Below, in pieces: positions 11,873 through 23,362 of a stretch of DNA of 64,000 nucleotides; the first letter of the stretch is position 1, and each line of letters opens with the position of its first letter. A program made the translations under genes and the position numbers. This stretch comes from Podarcis liolepis. Lineage: Eukaryota. The stretch is from NCBI GenBank assembly GCA_965112155.1, contig OZ218100.1; one strand, written 5' to 3'. Below the pieces are notes generated by a model. It was given only the letters and a program-made list of their open reading frames with translations. It searched no databases and was not told the DNA's origin.

Positions 11873-12115
11873 AAGAAGAAGAGTTTGGATTTGATATCCC
11901 GCTTTATCACTACCCGAAGGAGTCTCAAAGCAGCTAACATTCTCCTTTCCCTTCCTCCCCCACAACAAACACTCTGTGAGGTGAGTGAGGCTGAGAGACT
12001 TCAGAGAAGTGTGACTAGCCCAAGGTCACCCAGCAGCTGCATGTGGAGGAGCAGAGACGCAAACCCGGTTCACCAGATTACGAATCTACTGCTCTTAACC
12101 ACTACACCACACTGG
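11873..12115 (-). mobile_element. Squam3-like SINE, copy 2
   Basis: Near-identical to 1738-1975; (CTT)n tail seen as gaagaagag on the plus strand. Confidence 0.85.
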
Positions 12116-14624
12116 AAGCTTCTGGTTCAAGAAGGGTTTAGTCATGGGGCTCCTCCGTTCTTCTTGCCCCATGCCTAGAAAGCACGGATCTGAGGCATGG
12201 GTCCAAATGGTTTTGTCTTGCCACTTTCCCCTAGAAAACTCGCTTTTTAGTGCTAAATCTGAGCAAATGTCAATCTGGAGAAAACCACTTTTGAGGTTTG
12301 CTCTGATTCAGCAGTAACAAGGCAGGTTTTCCTGGTGGAAAGTGGTGGAGCAAGCAAAGTGTAGATGAGGCCTCATGCTGCATAGCGGCAAGCTTAGAAG
12401 GAACACTGTATTCTTGTTGCCTAAATGGTTTTCCAAGGGTACAGAGAGTTGTTAAACCAGAAACCAGTATGACGCGGTGGTTAGAGGGCTGGAACAGGGC
12501 CTGGAAGACTAGGGCTCAGCTTGGGCTAATCACTGTCTCTTAGCTTAGCCTACATCGCAGGGTGGTTAAAATGGAGAGAAAGGGTACATGCCACCTTGAG
12601 CCCCCTGGAGGAAAGCTGTGATATAAATCTAATTTAAAAAACCCATCCTCATCCTTAATTTTTTACTGAAACTCTGCTGTATAGTAGTGGTTCCCAAAGC
12701 TCCCCCACCAGACCACTTGAAAATTGCTGAGGGGCATGATGGACAACTTAATAATTCCTTTGCCTGTTGTAGCAATTGTAATGTGCTGTGATAGATGATT
12801 CATGATTTTCAGTTGTATTTTTACAGACACACTACGGACCACCTGAACAAATTGTCCCATGGACCACAATTTGGGAAGCCCTTCTCTTATAGGTCATTTG
12901 ACAGTAGTAGTTTTCCCCCCCTCCAGCTGAGGGAAAGTGAATTTTACATATTCATATTTACTTTGCATTGATTTTGCTATTGGATATGGCAGTGTTGGGC
13001 TCAAACCTTTCCTTCCGTTTTAGTCTGCTGGCCTGCAATAACCATTGTGTTAGTATAAGCAACGCAGTTGGTATAAAGATGCTTCCCAAGACATTTGACA
13101 GATCACTTGGTTCTGCAGTGTGGACAGAAGTGAGGCATGTTGAACTGGTTCAAAACCAGCATTTCTGCCTCCATTAACTTGAAGAAGCTTGTCAGTGACT
13201 TCAATGGAACAGAAGGCTGCTTTGAACTTAAATTTCTTTTGAACGTTTCTTCCAATAGGGTTAGTAAGCAAAGTGGCTTAATGGCCATTTATTATGTGGG
13301 TGGCTGAGTGGGCACAGTCGCCAAAAGACGTCTGGCAGCTGACCCTGTGAGTTAATAACCATTTCTGCAAAGATCAAAGGAGCCTCATCTGTAACCAGCT
13401 GTCATTCCTGGTAATTTGCCTTTTCCTGTCTAATGTCCTAACATGTATTAATGATTTATCACTCTTTGAGAGCGGTTACCTCTATTGCTCTCTCTTTAAA
13501 TGCATGTGCATTTGTATATGTATATATCAGCACAGCTATTGGCTTGTTGTGACTTTAGATTCGTAGGTGAGCACCACACAGTCCTCCTGTCATGCCAGCA
13601 TGTGACAAAGAGTCAGAAGAACCCAGTATTGGCTATTATAGATGTGTGATGGTGATAGAGCTATGATACTTGGCAAGAGTGCAGACCAGTCTTGAATGGT
13701 CAATACTTCCCTGCCTGTGAGGTCCAAGAGAGCATCTGGCTCCCATTGCTATTCATATGAAATTTTGGGAGAACTTGATTTGAAGTGAGGCAGCATCTGT
13801 ACATTCAGAGTGTCCAGCTTTAGCTGGGTTGGTTACTAGCAAAATGTAATCCATAATAAATCGGGTACAAAATATATTGTTGTTTTATTCAGTTTTTTAA
13901 AAACAGTTCATTTCAGGATCTATGCATACAACTGCACATGTTTTGACTGAATTTCACCTGGAATGAAAGCTAGTCATTTTTGAAACATCTGGAGATCATG
14001 AGGACACACACAGCTTTCTCTGCTATCTGAGACTGTGTATTCAACAAACATCTGTTATTTCAACTTCCTTGCCTTCCATTGTTTGATCCAGTCTTGCCAA
14101 TGTGCACTTACCCAAAGTGTTCACCACATTCTAAACCAATCTCATTCTATTTCTTGTGGCTGTTTACAGTGTGATCAGATGGACTGTGCTCAACAGCACT
14201 TTTAAAATATCTGTGGCATGTGCTCTATCCTAACCACTCATTCCCTTTTCCTTGACCTGCCCTTTGTGGAGAGTCTGGAATGTTAAACATTTCTTGTGGG
14301 TCTGCCCAACCTTGTACTTTATTTAAACTTACTCTCCCATTCCCGTTTTCTGAAGCACCTTTCAAGATTGTCTCTTTTCTAAGTCAGAGAGCTGTGATCA
14401 TTGATTCATGCAATCTTTGATTTTGCATATCTCTTCCTTAACAGGAAGCTGTTGAGTGAACTCATTATTGTTGGATGTTTTGGGAATCAATGTGGCATTT
14501 TGAAAGCGGCAGGAATTTTATTTCTTGGAAGCAGATGTATTTTGATGGCAGACATGAATGGCTTGTTTATTACAGGAGTAGGAAAATGATGGAATGTACA
14601 GAGCTTTCATGTTACATGTCATTT

Positions 14625-15086
14625 ATTTTTGATTGCATTTATATCCCATCTTTCTTCCAAGGAGCTCAATGTGCTGTACATAGTTCTCCTCCTCCAAATT
14701 TAATTATCACAACAACCTTGTGAGGTAGGATAAGCTAAGTGTGAGTGACTGGCCCAAGGTCATCCAGTGAGCTTCATGGCTGAGTGTGGATTTGAACCCT
14801 GGTCTCCCAGGTCCTAGTCTTGCACTCTAACCATTACAGTGGTACCTCGGGTTACAGACGCTTCCGCTTACAGACGCTTCCGCTTACAGACTCCGCTAAC
14901 TCAGAAATAGTACCTCGGGTTAAGAACTTTGTTTCAGGATGAGAACAGAAATTGCGTAGCGGTAGCAGTGGGAGGCTCCATTAGCTAAATTGGTACCTCA
15001 GGTTAAGAACAGTTGCAGGTTAAGAACGGACCTCCGGAATGAATTAAGTTCTTAACCCAAGGTACCACTGTAAACTACACTGGCTG
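14625..15086 (-). mobile_element. older MIR/Squam3-like SINE interrupted by a mariner MITE (relatives at 11350-11585, 12465-12635, 53390-53640)
   Basis: cacaacaaccttgtgaggtagg...ggcccaaggtcatccagtgagcttcatggctgag...ggatttgaacc; the head resumes after the MITE (ctacactggct). Confidence 0.75.
14837..15070. mobile_element. Tc1/mariner (Tigger-like) MITE
   Basis: TA|CAGTGGTACCTCGGGTTA ... TAACCCAAGGTACCACTG|TA: terminal inverted repeats with TA target duplication. Confidence 0.9.
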
Positions 15087-17031
15087 GTTGTGTGTATGGA
15101 GGGGTGTATTGCACCTCATCACCACCACAATGCAGACAGCCTTATTATTTAGTTAAGTGGTCCTATACCTCTTTGTTTAGAAATTCCTAGCAAGCATCAC
15201 AGTCTGGTGGCGTGTGTGTGTGCAAGCTTCAGGCTTTGCATTTTTCTTATGGCTGCATTCATTGCAAATTTATTTTAGGAAAACATCTTACTTGTATTAA
15301 TAAAGTTGGGAAAATATCCGTGTGGCCAACAACATGTGCCAAGAAAAATGGTTTGGCTACTCCTTTCCGCTGCATGCATGCATGTGTGGTACTGGCAAAA
15401 AAATGACCTCTCTGAGCAGCAGGTGTAAAAAGACTGCTTGAGTATCGGATGAATTCCTTTTGTATATTTTAAAGCAAAGCAGCAAGAAACTTTCGTCATA
15501 CTTCTGAAACATATTAGGGATGAGCTCCCCTGATCTCTGTGATAGGTTGGATTCTGTAGCAGTTCTTAGAATGTATATGAGGCTTTAGAGCAGCAGTGGG
15601 AAACCTGTGACCCTCTGGATGTTGCTGAGCTACATCACATTGACCATTGGGCAGGCTGGCAGGCTGGCTGGTGGAGTCCATCAACATCTGGAAGCCCACA
15701 GGTTCCCCAGCTGGGCGTTAGAACAGGGGACTCCAACTCCCATCAGCCCCAGCGAGCAAGGCCAATGGTCAGGGATTATGGGAGTTCAAGTCCAAAATAT
15801 TTGGACGGCACTACGTTGGCGACCCCTGCTCTAAAATCTTCAGAGGTTCACATATCTCATCTCAGTAACTAGCAGTGAGTCACCATCCCTTTCTATTTTC
15901 AAAGTCAGAAAAAACAGCCTCCCGATTGTTTCCTAATCCATGTACCCACAACTGGAAACACTCCTATTCAAATGCTACAAAATACATAGCATTTAATATA
16001 CAGCATGCCTCAAAATTCTGACTTTTTATCTCTTTGTGAGAAAAAGTACATGGCTTAGAAAGATCACTCCTTGCTTTAAGCACCCTTTATAAGAGCTGAG
16101 GAGAGGAACTCTATTGGCACACTTTGTGGGAACAGATGGCAGTAAAGCATGTTAAAGACTAACTAATCTGTGATAAGTCCTTTTGAGAATACTCTCTGAG
16201 TTTTTTAAAAAATCCTGTTCTCACTGACAAGATATTTGTTAAAAAATAAACAGTGGGGAGATATAAACAAAACCTGTGCACACATGTTTTTATATTCAGT
16301 TGCCTCCTTGAACATACATTTTAAAAACAATGTCTTGAAAGTGATCTTAAAACTTGGAGTGGTTGCTTTAATCTACATTAATTATTATAGAAACAAAAAT
16401 GGAAAGTGATTCATTCCTGGTTCATTCACCCAGAGTGAAAATAAAAAACATAACAACTCAGCTTGGTGCTTTTCCTTGGCCAGCGTCACACAGTCGCTAG
16501 AGTTAGGTTTGGAAAACCAGATGGAAATCTCTGCTTATGCAAACCACGGTTGCTTGCGTAGCCTGGCTGACATCACAGGGTTATAGGCAGGATGAGATAA
16601 GGATATTTTGGAACATTCCTTAATAGTAAAAAGAGCAAGTTGCCTCCTGAAGGCAGAGTGATTCATATGGCCCCTTTGAACCTGATGTGGTCTCGTTGAC
16701 TGGAGCCCTTTTCAATGATGAATGTAGGTTTAAGTTTAATTTCTTCTGCAGGGAGGCGATAGTGGTGTCAGACAGTAGTCCTTACCTAAAGACATTTCAT
16801 AGACTGGGTCCAAACCTGTGGAACTCCCTCATGACTGAGATTAGGCAGGCACCCTCCTTGTTGAACGTCAGGTGCACAACAAAGACTTTATTATTCCATC
16901 AGGTATTTTAAGGTAGTGTTTGGTTTTATGGTGAGTTTTTACTGTTTAATCCTTGGTGTGGTTTATTTTTATGCACATCACTTAGAAATCCTAATGATTA
17001 AATGGTATATAAACACCTTAAATGAATAATA

Positions 17032-17367
17032 CAGTGGTGCCCCGCAAGACGAATGCCTCGCAAGATGGAAAACTCGCTAGACGAAAGAGTTTTCTGTTTT
17101 GGAGGTGCTTCGCAAGACAAATTTCCTATGGGCTTGCTTCACAAGACGACAATGTCTTGCGAGTTCCTGCTGGTTTTTTCCCCTTTCCCCCCCTTTTTCT
17201 AAGCCGCTAAGCCGCTTATCAGCTGATCCGATCAGCAGATAAGCCGCTAAAAGCCGCTAATAGCGCTAATCCTCAAATCCGTTAATGGGCTTGCTTCGCA
17301 AGACGAAAAAACCGCTAGACGAAGAGAATCACAGAACGGATTCTTTTCGTCTTGCGAGGCACCACTG
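17032..17367. mobile_element. Tc1/mariner (Tigger-like) MITE, second family, inserted in an L2 tail (L2 3' end ~16800-17030)
   Basis: TA|CAGTGGTGCCCCGCAAGACGAA ... TTCGTCTTGCGAGGCACCACTG|TA; internal AGCCGCTAA repeats; CpG-rich, hence young. Confidence 0.9.
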
Positions 17368-19542
17368 TAAATCTATCTGGGCACTTCTTGCATTCTTCTT
17401 ACTACGTCTGGCTGGGTCTGATGGAAGTTGACATTCAACAACATCTGGAGGGCCATGGGTTTGCTTTCTCCAGGAAAGGCAACTCTGAGGCAGCTGCTTC
17501 AGCTTCTACCTCAGATTCTCCTGGTGGCTGTGTGTGTACTACAGGACACAGCCATAAAACAGGCCTGCATGACTTCATACTCACCAAGCAATGAATTGTA
17601 GCCTGCAAAGTGCTTGATGCTTCTGTTTTTTCCTCAGAGAAGAAGAGGTTTGCTGAGATGCTGGTGGGTCGTCAGCACCATCCACGATTGGCAGGTTGCG
17701 TTTGGGTTGTCTGCACGCCTGACCTACATCAGTAATGCATTAATGAGGAAATGGAGGAGTATTGCACCACAAATGAAATGCAATGGGGGGGGGGGGAGGT
17801 GAACATGGATTGTTTGACTGGGGAAACCCTGAGGACATTTGTATACAAGTAGTACAACTGGGCCCCCTCCCTGCTGACAAACATCGCTTGCACATGATGA
17901 AAAGGTTGCATTGAGGGGAATAGGACAAATATAAGCTAGGCAAGGGGACTAGTGGGAGCAGCTGGCTAGACAGCTGCATTTCAGAGAGAGGTTTGTGGAG
18001 GGAGTGGGGGAGGGGGTTGAGTGGATAAGATTTAGATATGGACACAAGCTGAGCCAAACCTCTAAACCGACGTTTCTTTTGAGTAGTATCTAAATGAAAG
18101 CCCCTAAACATAGACTCATCTGCTCGTGCCAAGGAAGCACAGGCCACTAAAGAACTAAAACACAGCCTGCATTTCTCAGTGGTGGCTGTGAGTTTTGTAA
18201 CCAGATGCTGACTGTCTCTTCCTTGTGCTCCAGTGTGAGGCTCAGCATGACACAGAAAGCGCTGGAAACACAACTGAGTTTTCATATGGCCCTCAGGTGA
18301 TAAAAAGGACCATTGCTTGTAATGAAGAAGACACACCAGATCTCCTGATTTCCAGCTCTTTAAATCAACAAATGAGAAATAGGGAAGATACTGGCAGAGG
18401 AGAAAGCCAACACAGTAGACCCATTCAAAGGCTGTTCTGCCCTGTGTGGGTAGGTAAGAAAACACTTCCTGAAGATAAAGTGCCAGAAATGTTTGAGTCC
18501 AACATGGTGGCCATATGGTGTTCTCCCCCTCCTCTTGTCTACCAGAGCATGCAACCGGCAACACAAATTCTTTAAATTCATCTTTTTATACATAAAATAC
18601 ATTCAGATGGAAAGATTATTTGGACACTTTGGAAACTGTTCTTGTTTTTATAAAGATTATTTACAAGGGAGTAGAGGCTTGCTGACACTGGATAAATTTC
18701 TTGGCTTCAATGTTCACATTGTACACCGGCCAGTTTTCTCTCGATGACTCCCCCAGGGGAATTTACTTTTGTGTAAATATTCTTAGGATCAGGTGCTTTG
18801 TTCAAGTTTGCTTGTTTGTTTTACCTGTAGCCAGGTAGGAAAAGAACTTAATTCTGTGCAATACAGTTTCAAGTATCAATTGTTTCCTGAACATGTAATG
18901 GTTTATGGTAAAATGGAAAAGTATTTCCTAAGCAGGAATGGAACAGCATTTTAAGTGTAAAAACCAGTCTGGTTCAAACATTCCCATTGAAGTCTAAATC
19001 TGGAAACAAACATATTTGTTGAAGAGAGTTCAGATCTCTCAGGGTTTTGATGTGGCAGGATTTGTCCCCTCAACTGGTAATCAAATAGTGCAATTGACTT
19101 CCACTGGTCAGTCAAATGCTTGCTTCAGAGAAAAACTCATTTTTGAAATGGTTTCTTCAACATCTGCAGGCCTCTACCCACCACAGAGTAAAAAGGCTGA
19201 TAATCCAAATATAGATTTAGTGACGATCCAAAGAGCTGAAACAAAATCAAACTCAACAGTCTAAACAAACTCAGCTTTATATTTTGGCAATGTATGCTCA
19301 ATGGTAATGTTTTGGCTTTTTCCTTTTTAACTGTCGCCTCTTAGAAGATAGTTTAGCACTTATCTCCCTCAGTTCAAAGGTGGTTTTAGAGGGTTTGCTG
19401 TGGAATTCAAGATACACAGAGTTGTTTACAGGTTGAACATATTGCCCTTTTATCTTTTGTGGAATCTACTCTCCTGATGTTTTCTTTACAGTATTATATC
19501 TGGGACTTTTAATTGTACCTTTTCTTCTCATTTTTTGCATGG

Positions 19543-19584
<42 letters not shown>

Positions 19585-19870
19585 TATTTATTATTTATAT
19601 CCTGCCCATCTGACTGGGTTTCTCCAGCCACTCTGGGTGGCTCCCAACAGAATATTAATAATAAAGAAATGTGATAAAACATCAAACATTAGAAACTTCC
19701 CTAAACGGGGCTGCCTTCAGATGTCTTCTAAAAGTCAGGTAGTTTATTTCCTTGACATCTGATGGGAGGGCATTCCACAGGACAGGCACCACTACCGAGA
19801 AGGCCCTCTGCCGGATTCCCTGTAGCTTCACATCTCACAGTGAGGGAACCGCCAGAAGGCCCTCAGTGGA
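19543..19870 (-). mobile_element. L2 LINE 3' end with (AAT)n tail (microsatellite 19543-19583)
   Basis: (AAT)n then tttatatcctgcccatctg...ccactctgggtggct...gggagggcattccacagg...gagaaggccctc. Confidence 0.8.
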
Positions 19871-20425
19871 TGTAAAGGCATATGTAAAAAGAAATGGATA
19901 CTTCTGAGTCTTTTAATATATTTACATACCTTTAGCATAATGCTTCTTTGAGTGTTTGCCTTGCTTCACCTCAGTACTTTTTAGTGGGATCTATTCATAC
20001 ATTCAGCTGCAAGTCATTGAATGGTAGTGTGTGTACATGCATGAACTGTCCCAGCATTTCCCTCAGTCCAAACCTGTGTACACCATAGTGTGCCTACTAC
20101 AGCAGTTGTGTGTCTGGGGTGGGCAGAAACCAGGGAAGGTTGAGCAGGAGAATCAGTGGTGCTGTGTGTCTCATTCTGATCAGCATTTTAAAGTGGGGAT
20201 GGGGAACCTCAGATCCAGGAATGAGTCCAGGTTCTCCATCCCTGTTTTAACTCAGTCTCCTGGTTGCAAATATGGCAGCCCTGCATAGGAAGGAATCCAC
20301 CAAAACATACAGTAGTTGATATACACCATGCATTCTTTGTCAAGTTCTGCATAACTTGAAAAGAAAGGAGGTTGTACAGTAGCAGTGTGTGGTGGTGAGT
20401 GTCACTGTTAACTTGATTGTAGGAG

Positions 20426-20537
20426 TGTTATCTGATTGTAGGCGTGGTATCTGAAGAAGTGTGCATGCACACAAAAGCTCATACCAAGAACTAACTTAGT
20501 TGGTCTTTAAGGTGCTACTGGAAGGAACTTTTTTATT
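20426..20537 (+). mobile_element. Penelope-like element terminal (pseudo-LTR) fragment
   Basis: ctgaagaagtgtgcatgcacac...gttggtctttaaggtgctact motif; flanked by 13-bp direct repeat TTGATTGTAGGAG (20413-20425, 20538-20550). Confidence 0.75.
20445..20486 (+). ncRNA. minimal type I hammerhead ribozyme motif (core GAAA mutated to AAAA)
   Basis: Helix I TGGTAT/ATACCA; CTGAAGA core; helix II in palindrome GTGTGCATGCACAC; AAAA in place of GAAA; minimal helix III region AGCT; cleavage triplet CTC. Confidence 0.7.
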
Positions 20538-21705
20538 TTGATTGTAGGAGAGAGAAAAATATAATTTATTGTTCCTGGCCTCCTTCCACTTTACTGTTCT
20601 TACCTATAAAACATCTATTGTGGCATTTCCTACTTCCTATGGGTCTAGATCATTATTTGATACACAGGAGAATTTCATCTAATAAAATATGAAATAGGAG
20701 CTGCCTCAAGGAAGAGAAGAAAGTAATGCCTACAGTCAATCTCAGGTCATTCCTGGCCTTTGACAGCTGTTTCCCTCATGTGAGAAAAGTCAAAAGCAAG
20801 TCAAAAAAAGATGTTGAAGTTTATACTTTTGGTCTCCCCTGACACTGAAAGATTGCTCTTAAAGAGATACAGGTAGCGAAATATCAACAAAACAGCTCTC
20901 CACATGCAAGACGAAAAGGCATGGCATCCATTGACAAATAAGTTTCAGCTCCAAATGTAGTAAAAAGAGTTCCCTACCCTGTGATCAGTCAGCTAGTGAC
21001 TGGTGCCCACTCGGACTGTTGGGAGCCAACAGTACATGCAATCATAGCCAATGGCAGGCAGAGCTAACCATTTCCAGGTCCACCCCATCCTCCTGACAAC
21101 AACTGCCAGTCAGAGGCAACAATCCTTCACAACATGGACCAGTGGTTTGACAAGACAGGTGTTCTTGGTCAGTTAGAAGGCAGAACAGGGAACACAGATT
21201 CAGCCTGTGGTGGGTGGTGTAATTCCAGTGGTGTGTGGTGAATTTTTTTGTAGGGGAACAGTTAGGGCCAGAGGCATCAGCTTGTGAGGGCGATTGGTGG
21301 GGGGCTAATACCGCGAGTGTGAGCATTGTGTCTCCCTCTCTTAGCCAGACAGAAACTTCATGGGCTTTGGGAAGGAGACGCCAGGCTTTTGGCAGAATCC
21401 TGGAGTCCCCTTGGCTCTTTCCCCAAGTTGGGCATGCTTTTGGAAGAAGGTGGAAGGACTCTTGGACCTGTCGGATCATCGTGCTTCCCTCCCTACGCCG
21501 AGCAAAAGCTTCCCAGGCTTTGGGAAACAGGCACCAGGGGAACATTTAGATTTTATGTATGCAAATAGTTTTAATTTCATCGATGTTTAATTGTATTTTA
21601 ATGATTAATTTTTCTGTGTTTTTAGTGGTTCTTGGTTTTGTCTGTAAACTACCTTGCATCAGGGAAAAGGGGGGGGGTATAAATTAACAACAACAACAGT
21701 AACAA

Positions 21706-21804
21706 CAGTGCTATTTTTCTGGAAAAGGAGGTGTCAGAATAATGGCAATGGCAACCACCTGAGAGGTGCCAGAACTGAGTTCCAGTGAGTTCCAGCTGAA
21801 AAAG

Positions 21805-21809
<5 letters not shown>
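21706..21809. mobile_element. short hAT-like MITE inserted in an L2 tail microsatellite
   Basis: Ends CAGTGCTATTTTTC / GAAAAAGCCCTG; (AAC)n on the left and (AAT)n on the right. Confidence 0.65.

Positions 21810-21861
<52 letters not shown>
21810..21861. repeat. (AAT)n microsatellite
   Basis: Direct reading; source of the poly-Tyr in ORF 21649-21939. Confidence 0.95.
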
Positions 21862-23087
21862 TGACATGACTAAGGATACAGCAGTTTCATCTATCTCTTC
21901 ATAAATATTGAGCAAGCAAGGTTGTACAATTGATGGCACAAACCCTGTGTGCAGGTTTGCGGGTTACACAGAACTCTTCATCAGTCAGAACAGAAATAAT
22001 CTTGGCAATAATCAGATTGCGAAAACCAATTCTAGATTTGTTTTGTCTCTTGTCCATTTCATAGCACAAACATTCTGCTAAAAGCACTCATTTGTCAGAA
22101 AGCATTTTCTAATCCAGAAGCTCAACACATTAACACCACACAAAGATACACTATATTCAGTCTGGCAAACTTTACCAGACAAGTTGGAATGCAATCTGGA
22201 AACATTTACTGGATTTTCAAATGCAAATGCCAACCACTGTATTTCATTCAGTAGGGGAAGACTTTAAACCTACTATGTTTGTAAAATGTGAATGTCATAA
22301 TGTACACGGGAACAAATTAAGATCCTTGCAATAAAATAAGCTGCAGTTAGTATTGGGCTCCTTTGGGAGGGAGGGTGGGATATAAATTTAACAAATAATA
22401 TTTGTGAGGGGAAAGAGCAGTTATTAAAGCGATTTGGGATTTGAGTCATTGTCTTTTTAAAATCAAAATCAAAGAGAAGTAAAGATGATGGTGCTTTTGC
22501 TGCTTAATTTATATTAAAATTTTCTATCCAAGCTGATGTTGGCATCAGTCCCAATGCTCATGGACCTGCAAGTTATGCAGGTCCAGTGAACCACGGTGCA
22601 AGCCGTGTCCGGTTTGTTTCTTGTGAATGAAGTCTCGTCCATTAGCACAAGTGGGGCACTTCCCTACCAAGCTGCCCTCAGCCAGCCCCCACCTGCCTGC
22701 TTCCTTACTTACACCCAGTCCAGGGCATGGAACTAGCTGTCAGCTTCTTTACTCTTTAGTCTCAGTGTTGCCTTTGTAGAACTCAGCAGGGAGAAAGAAG
22801 TGGACAAAGTCAGAATTAGTTGGCTCCATTTTTCATTGGCTATCTCCACTACTGTTGAGCTTCCCGCCTTTTGTTCTACCAGTCTGAATGGGCACCAGCC
22901 TGCACCATCTGAGCGAATCTTGAATGGATCGCCAGAGTGAGCCCATAGCGGTGTAGCCAGAAAACTAGTTTACCATTAGAGAACCAGATTCCAGTGTGAC
23001 AACAGCAATAGTCCCCAAAAGAAGTGGCTGGCCTTGAATGAACTGGCCCTCACTTTATTCATTGGCTTTGGTACAACACTTGGAGGC

Positions 23088-23088
<1 letters not shown>

Positions 23089-23127
<39 letters not shown>
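23089..23127. repeat. (AAT)n microsatellite
   Basis: Direct reading. Confidence 0.95.
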
Positions 23128-23128
<1 letters not shown>

Positions 23129-23242
23129 CTCCTATTTAGAATTTATATAACACACTGGAATGCTCAAAGTGTTTTGTGTACATTCTTATTGCAACTTTGT
23201 AAGGTAGGTCAGGATTCTTATCCCTGTATTGCAGATGGCAAC

Positions 23243-23362
23243 TTCAAGAGAGGTAGCTGTGTTAGTCTGCAGCACCATGAGTGACAGGCCGGACGCACTG
23301 TAAAGACTCACACATTTATTATTGTGGCCTAAGTGGACTGGAATACCCTTCATCATCAGATG
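23243..23362 (-). mobile_element. degraded Penelope-like terminal fragment
   Basis: Minus strand catctgatgatgaag...aataaatgtgtgagtcttta...gctgcagactaacacagctacctctc, a Penelope pseudo-LTR-type motif. Confidence 0.6.

Noticed and set aside
11834-12178. Recurrent peptide VTSPRSPSSCMWRS (also at 1868, 36102)
   Set aside because: Translation of the antisense strand of SINE copies.
17740-18564. 274-aa minus-strand ORF
   Set aside because: No recognisable motif, Leu/Ser/Cys-rich random composition, no convincing splice boundaries.
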